A DNA stretch of 64,000 nucleotides from positions 13,578,001-13,642,000 of the forward strand of contig CATNEN010000038.1 in the NCBI GenBank assembly GCA_950097015.1, in the 5' to 3' direction. A program made the position numbers and the translations under genes. This DNA is from Macrostomum hystrix. Lineage: Eukaryota; Animalia; Platyhelminthes. The notes under the pieces were generated by a model. That model worked only from the letters and a program-made list of their open reading frames with translations. It was not told where the DNA came from and did no database searches. Of this stretch, positions 25,672 to 37,800 are shown in pieces (position 1 is the first letter of the stretch; each line of letters starts with the position of its first letter).

Positions 25672-26815
25672 CAGTGGTTCTCAACCTGTGGGTCGCGACC
25701 CCCAGTGGGGTCGCGTGACCATTTTCTGGGGGTCGCAGCAAAAAGAAAAATAAAAAATGTATTTTTTTTGGGGTAGAACTCTTTAGAGATATTAGAGTAA
25801 AACATTTTTAGTAAAACTAAAAGTAAGTCAAAGGCTGTTAGCTATATTGCAATGGCTATAGCACTAGCGGCCTAGCACTCAACTTGAAGTCACAACACAA
25901 AATATGCACGCAGTCGCAAGCTAAGCCTGTTCTGCTAGATATGGGCTGAGTCACACGACACCACACGACAAGCAAAACAAACTTTCCTTCTGTCTCCCTT
26001 CTACCTTGTTACCCCAGCGAATTTAAAACGAACGATCGCAACTCCTTACCCAGAGGAGGAAATCCTCTCACCAATCCACCCCCACATTCAAACGCATTCC
26101 CGTTCCTTTTGGCTTAGCTGATTGGAGGCACAATATCCTGCTTATGATTAGGGTTAGGATTAGAGAGGCATCTGCTCAGATATTCAATCTCATCTGTTGT
26201 TAATGGCATCGTCTGAAACTCGCCTAAGCGCAGTTATAATGAAGCATTTCTTGAGTTAGGTTTCACAACTGCGAATGAAAAATCACAATGTGTTTATCTG
26301 CGAAGTCACATTGTCAAAGGAGTCAATGAAACCAAAAACTCAAGCGCCATCTGCAAACCCAGCACCCTGAAGTTGCGACTAAGCCACGCGAGTATACTTT
26401 GTGGAGAAGTTAAGGCGTCAAATTCCATCAGTTGGTATCACTGAACCAGCGTGCACAGGCAGCGTGCACAGGACAGAACAGTGGTGCTGTGAAACGCATC
26501 CAAGATGTCGCGCCTGACGCTAGCTGGACACTGCTTCATCCATCGTGAAGCACTGGCAGCCAAAGACTTTTCAGTTGACCTCCACGCCGTCTTGACAGAC
26601 GTTCCCGTGGTGAATTTCATCAAAAGCCGACCTCTGAATCATCGACTGTTCACGGCACTGTGCGAGGAAATGGGGGCTGAGCACAGTTCCCTCCTCCACA
26701 CCGAAGTTCGCTGGCTATCGCGTGGTCGCATGCTTATAAAAGGGGTCGCAAACAAACAAAAAAGGTGCAAGGGAATAAATTAGGGTCGCCTGAAAAAAAA
26801 GGTTGAGAACCGCTG
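25672..26815 (+). mobile_element. Internally deleted hAT element of the Buster/Charlie group nested in the Helitron
   Basis: TIR cag(t/c)ggttctcaacct; 8-bp TSD gtatagag at 25664-25671 and 26816-26823 (nnnTAnnn); remnants HCFIHREALAAK, VVNFIKSRPLNHRLF and HTEVRWLSRG. Confidence 0.93.
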
Positions 26816-28089
26816 GTATAGAGGCTAAGAGACATGTTTCTATTTAAGAAGTAATCAAGAGGGGGCTGTTTGGACAAACTTTTCACTTATTTTTTACTTA
26901 AAACGCCCTTAAACAAACTCTTCTCTTTTCATTAATGCAGTAAATAAATACATGGTGACCTTCACTATAAAGTTAATACTGAGACGTGAATTGCTTACTG
27001 CTTTGCTTTAAATTTCTGCCCCAAAAACAACGGGCAAAAAAGCTAGTATTTTCTTAAAACCGAGATGCTAAATTGCTAGAATTCCCATATCTCAAGCACA
27101 TATATCTAGCACAATGCACCTCAGATGCAATTTTCACATAAAAATATTTTCAAACAAATGGTTTTCCTGTTTGCAATTAGTTGAATTTGTGATAATGGAT
27201 GGTTAGATGAAGGTCGGAACTCAGGATAATAGGTAGGGGCTTGAGTGTGCTAAATTCAGCAAGTGTCTATGGCATTGCTAAACTATAGCACACAATTGAG
27301 GGGAAGATTTTACAGGAGCAGATTGTCTACTGCAATTTAAAGTCCATGAATGGCAATTCTCAGGATGCCAGATTTGACCATTCCATTTCTTCTAATTGAG
27401 GAAGGAGACATTCAGAAACTCCATTTGTACTTTGACTGCTCAACCAACAAAGTTACCCAGGATTAGATGGTGTTTTGGCTGTTGTACGGACTAGAAGAAT
27501 GGGGCAGAGAGCACCCCATGAGATTGGAGACAAAGGAGACAAATGTTTGAGAAAAAAGTGACTTGGAAGAAATGATGTACTCCATTACACACTATTATCA
27601 TTGAAGACAAAGAACAGGACAGCTGATCCGATGAAAACCAAAATGGACGGATGTCGAAATCAAGAAATTTCCCAACTGGAGCAGAGTGTTTTTGTGCTAA
27701 GCAGAAGAGTGGCATCAAAAAGACAATTTACCAATATCTCTAAATAAGGTGTGAAAAAGTTCTGAATAAGTACAGCAACAGAGCAAGTAAGGTTTTGGAC
27801 ATGGAGAAAGACACAACAGTTGACTTTGCTTCCTATAAGAACTAATTAAATTATTAGTACAATTATGTAAATATAAATTCATTAACAATTATTAAGTAAA
27901 ATTAACACCAACATTGCAATTGACTACAATTGTATTCTATTGAATATTGAGGTGAGATGGTCATTGTATGTGATTTGATGGCTATAAGAACATCTTATTT
28001 CCTAACCAGTTTAACTTTTGAAAGGCAAATTTCATGAACAGGCAATGTCCTAGTTTGCTGTGATAAATTATTTTGACCTGTTTTTTTTA

Positions 28090-28360
28090 TTTCAGTGCAT
28101 CTGATATGGCTGGCTGACCTAGAGCGCCAACAACAATCATTACTGTCATGGATTTACTGCCTGCTGTTGACCTATGTGACCTGAATGAACTAGTAAACCA
28201 TCAAGGGAACCTGGGCGCATGTCAAGGCAAAGTTCCAGAGCATGCATGGCACCAGCAATGGCCTGTTTGAGTTGCACCTTAGCTAGTATCTCTGGTGGCG
28301 ATATATCTTATTCTGGAGAAGACCTTTGGCAACTTTCTCTACTGGGTTGCCCATTATTAT
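28090..28360 (+). mobile_element. Merlin (ISXO2/IS1016-like) transposase C-terminal remnant
   Basis: TIKGTWAHVKAKFQSMHGTSNGLFELHLS*YLWWR, similar to the 33330-33900 copy and to the Merlin C-terminal motif. Confidence 0.65.
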
Positions 28361-29403
28361 GGCATTATATATACCATTTAATACGGTAACATGACTGCTG
28401 ACTACCATGGACTGACTAGTGTTACATTGCTTTTTCTGTTTTTTAACTTAAAATAATTTAATGCGGGAAACTAGGACATCACCCATGAACATTATCTTTG
28501 TGAGTATTTATCTTTTTATGTCTCATGTATGATTGTGACATGTTTAAACTTTTGTTTGTCATGCTTTTATTTTTTGTTTATCTTTTTGTTTGTTTATCTT
28601 TGTTTATTACAAATGTTCTAAACTTTATCACATCTTCAATCATTAAAAATTTGTGAAAAGGAAGCTAATTTTAATAGATGCTAAAATATAATGTGAAGAT
28701 GATTTTAAATTTGCTCTAACAATTTGATATTAAGAAAAACATAATATGTGCTTTAATGCACTGATTATTTAATGCACCAAACCCAAAATTTATGACTATA
28801 TATATAAGCACTTTGAGGATACAAAACCTCAACCTTTGCAACTGCCTAAGTTCTGCCGTTGTAAATTTGATAAAAGCTACAAGCTTGAAGCTGTAAGGAC
28901 AAAGTTAAGAAGTTTGTAGACATTTGAGTCAAGAATTTAAGGTTGGGTCTAAGTAAACAATCTTGTAAAGGCTATTATTGAATGTAGTTCAAGCCTGTGC
29001 TGTATATGGCATAAAAATAAGAGTCATTAGTTGTAACAATTTCGAACAATTTACACTCAATTTACACTCATTAAGAGTCATTGTGTGTAGGTGTCAGTAA
29101 CTGACCTATGATCCCCAGGTAGCCCCTATATTGGGACTGGAATTTAAGAATGCCTGTATATGAGATAAAAATGTGTGAATAACTTTGACTTACTGTGTGA
29201 AAGTTAGACACTTTGGTTGGTAGCAGGGTGACAGCAGTTGGAAGCTTTCAGAGGATTAGGATAGACTAGACTTGGAGCTTAAGAATTAAGAATCAACTTA
29301 TATTTTTCCATTTTTAATTTTAGGACAATGACATGCTTTGCTCTCTGCTAATTATTGACTTATGATGAATAAGAAATGACCTGTGTTGCTTATCACTTTA
29401 AAA

Positions 29404-32230
29404 TAGGGGTCAGACGATATTGAATTTTTCGAGATTTTTGAGATTTGATATTTTTTAGCGATATGATACGAGATTCGATGGAGATTTCGAAGTTTTAGAC
29501 AATGCTGATTTTGCATACACAAACAAAGTTTCATAGACCAAAGAAAAAAGATATTTTCATTTTTTAACTATTAGTCATTTAAATACTGTGTAGTTTTATT
29601 AGTTTGTCTAACTTAGTGGGTCTGTCTCAATCTCATTCATGTACTTTTGATGATCTTTAACTTTAATTGATCTTGATCTTAAATTGATCTTTAATGGACT
29701 TATATTGTAATTAATTGATCAATTATTTATCTATCTAGTATCTATCATTCTACCTTTAATGCAGATTGATAGGTATCTTTATAAGTTTATATTTATTTAT
29801 GTATGCTTTGGTTTTGTTGTTGGACTTGTGGTTGGATATATGGTATGGTAGAGTCATATGGACCTAACTTATAAAGTTATGACAATATTAATAGTCAGTT
29901 ATGACATTGGGAGTCTAAGTTGAAAACAATAGGTAACAGAAAAAGGAATGAATTGTTTAACAAACATTGACTTATTTATAATTTAAACATTTTTTACTTT
30001 TGAGTTTTTAATGTAAATATAGACTTTAGCCATTTTTTCAAAGTAAGGGCATTCCTCTTTTTTTCAATTATAAAAAGACCCTTTCATTATTAACTAACAG
30101 CAGAAGGTTAAGATTAAGATATATACCAATCCAGCCATTGCCACTGATCTACAAATGAGTCTCATAATACATGCTCAACACCCAGCCGACCTGGCCGAAC
30201 CGGCTGGGTGAAATGAGGGCCAAGCAAGGTAAGTCACAAAAACCAATCAACCAAACACAAAAAAATCAAAGGGGGGACCAAGGGACAAAAAAGGAAGGCG
30301 TGAAGAAAAGGAAAAAAGGGAGAGAAAAAGAGAGCAAATGAGAGCATAGTCGTAAATAGAGCAATGAAACGAACTAAGTTGCAAATGAGAGCAAACTAAG
30401 TCCTAAATAGAGCAAAAACTAAGTTGCACGGCCGGCTAAGATTTAGGAGGTTGCGCATGTATGAGTCTCATCTGGCATCACTTTGAAAAAGTGGCAGACT
30501 CAACAATTGCAAATGCAAAGTGCAAACTATATAAGAAGTTTTGCCCTATGAAGGGGGCCAATACAACAGGCTTGTGGCACCATTTGGAGATTCTCTATCC
30601 CAATGAGCTAAAGGAGCTCAAGTCAACATCAAAGTCTGCCTCATCATCCTCAGGCTCAAGCTCAACCATGGCTATGACAACTGTGAGTAGTGATGCCAAT
30701 GCTGCAGGATTATCTACTACACCAAGGTAGCCAAAAATTGAGGCCTTTGGTTTCTTGCCTGTAAAGAAATGGCATCCAACACATCCTGAATCATTACATC
30801 AGGACAAGCTAATCATTGAAATGATTGCCCTGGATAGTCAACCCTGGAGTATGGTTGAAGATATAGGACTCAAGCGTTATGTGGCTGGCACTACTCCACA
30901 GCATGAACTGAAAAGTGACAAATTCTATCATGCGCAGTTGCCAGAAATGTATGAACCTCTTTGAGAAAAAATGATGGCCAAGATTGCTGAGCTCCAGATT
31001 GTGGCATTGACATCTGACATCTGGAGTGACAATTGCATCTCTCTTTTAAGTGTTACACTGCATGGTGTAGAGTCAAAAATGACTCGTTTCTCTACAACCA
31101 TTGCCGCTCTTGTATTTCCACAGTCACATTCTGCTGCAAACATAGCTGAGAAGCACAGTGGAGTCATTGCTGACTAGGCCTAGGGACTACATGGAAAAGT
31201 GGCTGCCATTGTTATAGACCATGCCAAGAACATGGTCAATGCTATCACAAATCTTGAGCTACAGCATGTTGGCTGTGTGGCCCATAAGCTCAATCTTATT
31301 GTTCAGGATGGCCTCAAGGCAGTCGCTGTGCAAAATCTACTGGCCAAATGTTGTTCCATAGTTACACATTTCTACCACTCATCTGTAGCTCATGGTCATC
31401 TGAAGGTGCTACAAAAGGGATCCTAGACACTTCGTCATCTTACAACTTTGTCATCTTTCAAATTCGTCATCCACTTGGAAGGTAGGACACTTCGTCATCC
31501 AGCCAATTGGCATGCTTTAAAGTTTGGTCAGTTCGTCATCTACTAATAACAAGCAATCAAGTTCGTCATCAATAAAGTGAGGGTGGGGTGGTGGGGCAGA
31601 GGTGTGAACACACTTCACACTCTAAATTGTCAAAAAGAGGTGTCAAAACTGATTTCATTATAAGTGTTGAAAGATAGGTGCCAACACGATGTGAGGAGGG
31701 GTGGGGACTGGTGGTTCTGTTCTAACTTTGAAAACTTTTGTTTTATAGATGACGAAGTGTCCTCAAGTCTAAGTCTCTTCGTCATCCACCAAGATATTGG
31801 ACGGATCGTCATCTGGATGACGAAGTTGTAAGATGACGAAGTGTCCAGGTAGGCCTACCCTACAAAAGCAGTTGGAGCTTCCAGAGCATGTTCTGCCAAT
31901 GGAGGTTCCAACAAGGTGGAATTCGACGCTTCATATGCTGCAACGCATCGAGGAGCAGATGCCAGCCATTCAAGCCTATTCTGGCCGCAATGACAGTGTG
32001 CCCGATTTTACCAATGTTGATCGCCGCTTGATCTCCTGGCTTATTTCAACTCTGCAGATTTTTGATAGGCCTAACCTAACTAATGAGGTCAGCAAAGAAT
32101 CAACGTCAATCTCATTCATAATTCTAATCAAGGCTTTTGCTCTCAAGCATCTGGATCAAACATCTGATGAGCATGGTCTTAAAATTAAAATGAATGAGCT
32201 AGTTAGTAAGTTATACAAAGTTATACAAAA
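29404..32230 (+). mobile_element. Decayed hAT-Ac (ZBED1/4-like) transposon; transposase pseudogene 30461-32230
   Basis: BED finger IWHHF...AKCK...TTGLWHHL, then IALDSQPWSMVED, LTSDIWS, CVAHKLNLIVQ and PTRWNST, with several stops. TAGGGGT at 29404 is a tentative 5' TIR; the 3' TIR was not found. Confidence 0.85.
31418..31859. mobile_element. MITE with 9-bp TSD (Mutator-like) inserted in the hAT transposase
   Basis: TSD ctacaaaag at 31409-31417 and 31860-31868; TIR cct(a/g)gacacttcgtcatcttacaactt(t/c)gtcatc. Removing it restores HGHLKVLQK-QLELPEH. Confidence 0.9.
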
Positions 32231-32756
32231 ACGAACCAACATTGATTATAATATTAATACATAATATTACATGATACATGATTACATGATTTTATAGCAT
32301 TGCTTAGATTCAGAAGTTTCGTATCGTACGACATTTTATGAGAATTTGTTGGCTGCATGCTGCAATTGTGGGAATTTAAATCGCATACTGTTGACAAGTT
32401 GAATTAAAGACATTGTTTGGCATAACAAAGCGCATGTATTAAGTGGAAGTTTTGTTTAAAAAACAAGAGCACGACTAATTTCGCCCAGTTTTTTTTCTGT
32501 TCGTGTATAATTGCCTCACAATTCTTTTACTTAAAAATAAAAGTGTTAATTCGCATGATTTTAAACATTAGACAAAACTATATTACCAATTTCTTTCATT
32601 CTTACCTCTAGCTTTAAGATTATTCCCCTACTTAATCAATTCCTACATCGGCGTCTTGGTCGACTTATTTGCTTGATTTCCCTATGTAATACCATGATAC
32701 ACCAAGAAGTGGCCTTATCGTATTGATTATAATTTATCTTTGTTTTTATTTTAAAA

Positions 32757-35700
32757 ATGCAGTCTTCAAAGTCAAACCCAAGCTCCTTAAATCCAAGGAA
32801 GTTTGATGAAAAAATTGCCTTGCTTCAGGCTGGCGAGACAGAGTCGAATGAAAAGTTTAACCGCCTGTTAGATGAGCTGAATGTTTTAAAGAATAGAGTA
32901 AGTACATCATGTTGCTCTTATTGTTGTTTTACTTTTTTATAAATCAATATTTATATTTTTTATAGATATTTATTGTTTTATGTCTAGAACTATACTTGTT
33001 GGCTTAGGAATTCAGCTTTGAAATATGTCAGAGTTTAGTAGAAGCTCTGTTTATTTATTTTATTTATTTAATTATTTTGACATCATTTGAATGTCTAATA
33101 AAAAATAGACATTCATCTGATACAAAGTGTAGTACTTAAAGACAAATTATATAAGAAAACTAAAGGAACAATCAGAAGTGCAATTATATTTAAAAATCTT
33201 GGTAAGTCAAAAGAAAGGTTGACAGGGTAATATTGGCATATATGTCATTTTGTTCATTAAATTATTTTCTTTTCAGAAAACAAAACTGCAAGTAATTTCA
33301 GTAATGAATAATGAGTGTAGATGCGACCACAGGAAGCCTGTAGGTACAGTACTCCTGTAGGTACATCTCAAACAAGGAGTCCATGGTTCTATACATATGG
33401 TGGAATTTGTGCTTTGCGTGAGCCCAGGTGCCCTCCATCGGGTTAGTGTGCACCATTGGGTCCCCTGGGTCAACAAAGTTCAACTGATGGTTGATGATGC
33501 AATGGTTAGGCAATGCAGCATACGCTTGCCAGCCATCAGTTATGATGCGGGTACCAGGTTGAATGTGGGCCTAGATGATGGCAACAGGGTCTGTGCCTGG
33601 TGGTTTGGTACTGGGCACATGATGCACTTGTTAGTACCGTGCTCAATCATGCCAAGGACCCAAGTAAGCCCCTTGGTGGTACTTCCAGTGTAAAAAATGT
33701 GATTCGTGAGGCCACAACTAACTTACATGTTGGCCAGAAGATGGTGTTGCGTCAGCCAATGAATAGAAGCCAGGTTGTCTGCCATGGCAGCATGTATCAT
33801 CTGCAGGTCAGTTGGCATGCCAATTAAGGTATCTATGTGTAGCAATTTGTTTGGTGGCAGAATAGAAGTCAGTGCCAGAGGATGACCAGCCATGTTGAAA
33901 TAGTATTGAAGTTAGAAATTGAACTTAGTTGAAAATAGCCATTTTATATCCCACATCAATTTGAGCCATAAAATACTGTTTGGCATTTTCACTTTTTGCC
34001 AGGTCAGTTAAGTGAATTTAAATTGCTGCAACAATCATATATTGTGCCCATAAATTCAAATCTGTCATCAAAATAATTTTATGAATGAAACAGCACAGTT
34101 GCCATAATATTTTCTAACTAATAATACTATTTACTATGTTTCCAACTTGGATTTCTCGGAAACTGGGTTATAGCATGTTCTAGCAAATATATTTCATAAA
34201 TAGTGTCATGGTTTTTATTTATTTTGTTATCTTCCATGGTAGTGCTTATCAGTGCAGCAGCTCGGTGGGATAAGCCACCACATAATTATCAGTTTCGAAT
34301 ATGCCATATAAATAGCACAAACTTTATCTGCATGGATACATGCCAATAATGCCCACCTTATCCACATGGCAGCTTATTAGAATAGCCCACTACATTATAC
34401 ACAGTACAAATATCCACATGGATATATGCCAGTTGTGCTAACATATATACAATACAATAATATATGCTATACAATACAATACTAAGATAAGACCAAGGAC
34501 ATAGTATATGATATAGTAATATATTAACAAAAATAAGAGGATAAAAAGACGAACAGAAATAATGTATAGCCATGTTACTCTAGTTATATATCCAATAGCA
34601 AAACTAAACTAGCTAACATGTTTATTTTATTTCAAAAGCTGTATATAACTGTATTTTTTGATAAGCTAGGAAGTCTACTATGCAAACCATATATTCTATC
34701 CTAGTAGATGCTGGTACCTTTTTCATAGCTAGGTGAACCAAATGCTAGGAAAGTTTATCACATATTTAGTGAAAGCAATAAGTCATAGGACACAATTATT
34801 ATAGTTTGCCTAATCCCATTTGAGACAACACAAAACTGATAACTGTTCTATTGAAAAAAGTTGACCTTGGACATTGGACACCTTGGTTGACAGCTGCTAG
34901 GCCTGCCCACTTACAGGTTCTTTGGGGCAGTCATGTGCTTAGTGAGCATGTTCAGGTCAGGGCTGTCCTATTCACATAGCTGCTAGTGCTGCCTGAGTCC
35001 TGGCTAATATGTATGCTGAAATTGAGGTAGGCACTTGGCTTCTTGTACTCAAGTTGTCCATTGGCATTGTGTGTCACCATCTGGCTAGTCTCCAGGTACT
35101 ACTGCATGATTTGCGTGTTGGCTTCCACCCACTGATCAACAGAATCCTGACAGGCTTGGTGCTGCAGCAAAATCTTAGGCATCTGCGCACTTGTGTGACT
35201 GTTGCTTTTCGGCTTGGGATATGCAGTGCTGGGGTGACAAGCTGGGCAACAGACTGATTCCTGACTCGACTGCAGACTCTGGCTACCAAACAGGCGGGAG
35301 TAGATGTCAGCCTCTCCTCTGGTCGGCTGGTGCGCTGAAATCTCGCTAAGCGTCATTTGTAGTTCCTATTGCAGCTGTTTCTCGGCATTCTGAACTGCTT
35401 CAGCAATTTGATCCTGCTCAGGGTCCAAAATGTCTTTTATGCCCTCTTCGGCTGCGGAGATTCTAATCTTCTCGTCGTCAGCGCCAGCATCCTGCTCAAT
35501 GGGTGCGCGTGCTATCTAGTTTGTCTCGAGCAGGCGAACAACAATTAGCCGTATTCTTTATTGTCGTTTGTTGATAGACCCTTCTCTTGTAGAGCATCTT
35601 TCAGGACCTGCACAGTTACAGGTCATGTCAATGTGGCTCCCTTAGTCCCTTCGTCCAATGAAGCTCCCTTAGTGTATAAGGCAAGTGGCTGGTTGAGCAA

Positions 35701-37417
35701 AAAATTGCAGCTTAAAGCAACCCTTCCAATAGGGTGATGCTTTTCCACATTAATTTCTTAATTTTGCGGTTTTTTTCAAATTGGTACATGTATCATAATG
35801 ATCAAGTTAAATGTTTTTTAACTTTGTCAACATTTACGCCCTCGGCTTTTTTGTCCAGCTATCCACTGGCGAACAAGCTAGGCGCACTGTGTCAACTCCT
35901 AATGTTGCTGGCGGTGTAAATGGCGCTGCCGGCAGCCCTGCCCCATCTGTGACAGAAGGTGTGGCACAGGCGCCCACCCCAGTTCTCAGCAGCTCTTCGT
36001 CCAACATAGCGGCTCCTGCCGCAGTTGCAGCTATTGGCGGCGTCCATCATCCGCATCCGTTGAGTCTTTCGCCACAGCACCAGGTGTATAACAATAACAA
36101 CAGCGCAAATTCTCCGGCGCAGTCGCCCTCACCTGGCGGCTATTACGCCTCGCAAACAGGCTACGCATTGAGTCCGGCTGCTCAACAGCACACTAGCACA
36201 ACTAAGCATCGAGTTCGTGAGTACATCATTTCCAAGAGTCGCGATCATCGAGCGCATCCCTATTCGCCAACGCATCAGCGCTCTAGAGACGAGTATGACG
36301 AGCACGCTGGGGCTGGCTTCAGCTTCGGCTTCGGTGGCGTTGCAACTTCCAATACTGGCGCTGCAGCTGGGGCAGGCGGACTTGGGCCTCCGCTGGGTCC
36401 GCGGCGAGCATCGTCCGACACAAACATTGTTGAAAAGCTTCAGCAGCAGGGACTTGTGGACTTTTATGCTAGCGCTCTGGGCTCTGGCGGCGGCGTCTGT
36501 GGCGGAGGTAGCGGTGACTTCTCAGCCAGCGCCGCCGGCTACCAGCAGGCCCTGCTAATGCAACCGCCTCCAATGCACGTACCAATACCTGGCCAGCTAC
36601 TGCAGCAACAGCTTTTGCAACTACAGCAGCAGCAGCCCATAATGCTACAGACGGACATGACCAGATTGAGCTTGGCAACGCCGCCTCTGCAGTCCGCCGG
36701 CTCGCCAGCCGCTCATCCATCATTGGTTGCCGCCTTGCTGTCAGCTCCGGCATCGGCCAATGGCATCAACAGCCACAACAGATCCAGCTGGCATCATTAT
36801 CAGCAGGTTGCGCAATCTAACGAGGATCTGCCAGCAATGCCTGTTGCACCTTCGCCAAATTCGCCATTACTGCTGCCCCAATCCCCTAGTGGTCCGATCC
36901 CAGACATCCGGGTGACACCGATCAGCCAGTCCATGGCTATGCCGCCGCCACCACCACCGCCGCCGCCTCCATTGAATGCAAACAGCCACCAGATGCCGCC
37001 ACTGACTGCTGCCTATGCAACCTCAGATTTCGCGACAGCCGCCGCACAACATTTTGACAATGGATGTGGTGGTAAGCGCTTTGCTGCTTTCTTGTTGCTC
37101 GTGTTTCTTTTGCAGCTTACAAAAACACGACTAAGTCATCGTTGTCAAGCCCCCACTCCCCAGATCCTCAAGGTCAAGCCGCCACTGGCTTAGATCCCCA
37201 GTGTCAAGCCAAGACTCCCCCAGATCCCCAGTGTCAAGCCAAAACTCCCCCAGATCCCCAGTGTCAAGCTAACAATCCTGATCACATTTTAGTTCGGCGT
37301 GACTCCTACACCATGGCAACTGAGGTTTTGGCCAGCTTAGCAACCGCAGGTCCCACAGCTGGAGCCGATTCTGGCAGATTCAATGTTGAACAACAAACTG
37401 ACGGCTTTACCTTCTGA
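32757..37417 (+). CDS. CRTC: CREB-regulated transcription coactivator (CRTC/TORC), about 492 aa; exons 32757-32897, 35859-37071, 37293-37417
   Basis: TORC_N motif NPRKFDEKIAL (cf. NPRKFSEKIAL), RTVSTPNV, RRASSDTNI (SIK/14-3-3-type site) and IPDIRVT (PxIxIT). Phases 0 and 1 are consistent. Confidence 0.85.
33330..33900 (-). mobile_element. Merlin (ISXO2-like) transposase remnant in CRTC intron 1
   Basis: WVLGMIE...DGWQAY...INHQLNFVDP...HTNPMEGTWAHAK...LFEMYLQEY, with frameshifts. Confidence 0.85.
34880..35640 (-). pseudogene. Decayed ORF with an N-terminal SAP-like motif; possibly a retroelement gag remnant
   Basis: TVQVLKDALQEKGLSTNDNK/(frameshift)RLIVVRLLE at about 35620-35525 fits the SAP consensus. 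Stops and frameshifts follow. Confidence 0.4.
37140..37272. repeat. 30-bp tandem repeat in CRTC intron 2
   Basis: cagatccccagtgtcaagccaagactcccc, about 4 copies. Confidence 0.8.
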
Positions 37418-37607
37418 TTTTAGTTTCAACCCCCTGCTCCCCTTTTTATTCAGATTTTACCAAATAAGCAAACAAGGATTACACCAAAACGGGTAATTTT
37501 TTGTGCCATATAAAGTTTTTTGTCTCAGTTGCCATTTTTACTGATGCTGTCGCCTTAAACAACTGGTTTCTAAGTTAATATATTCTTCCGAAAGTTTAAC
37601 CAGCGTG

Positions 37608-37800
37608 TTGTCTGTTAGGTATTTGTTCGGTTAGACATGTCTTTGTTCGGTTAGACAGGTCTTTGTACCTGTTGGACCGGTCTTTGTACCTGTTAGACAG
37701 ATCTTTGTACCTGTTAGACTGGTCTTTCTACCTGGTAGACAGGTCTTGGTTCTCATTAGATTGGCTTTGTACCTGTTAGACTGGTTTTTGTACTTGTTTG
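37608..37800. repeat. 20-bp minisatellite (ctgttagacaggtctttgta), about 9 copies
   Basis: Visible degenerate tandem array downstream of the CRTC stop. Confidence 0.85.

Larger units (their letters stand above)
24024..27046 (+). mobile_element. Non-autonomous Helitron, inserted at an A^T site
   Basis: 5' TC followed by (TA)n and (TCTG)n; 3' gccc...gggc hairpin at about 27017-27036 and CTAG at 27043-27046 followed by T; internal PIF1 helicase fragment. Confidence 0.8.
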
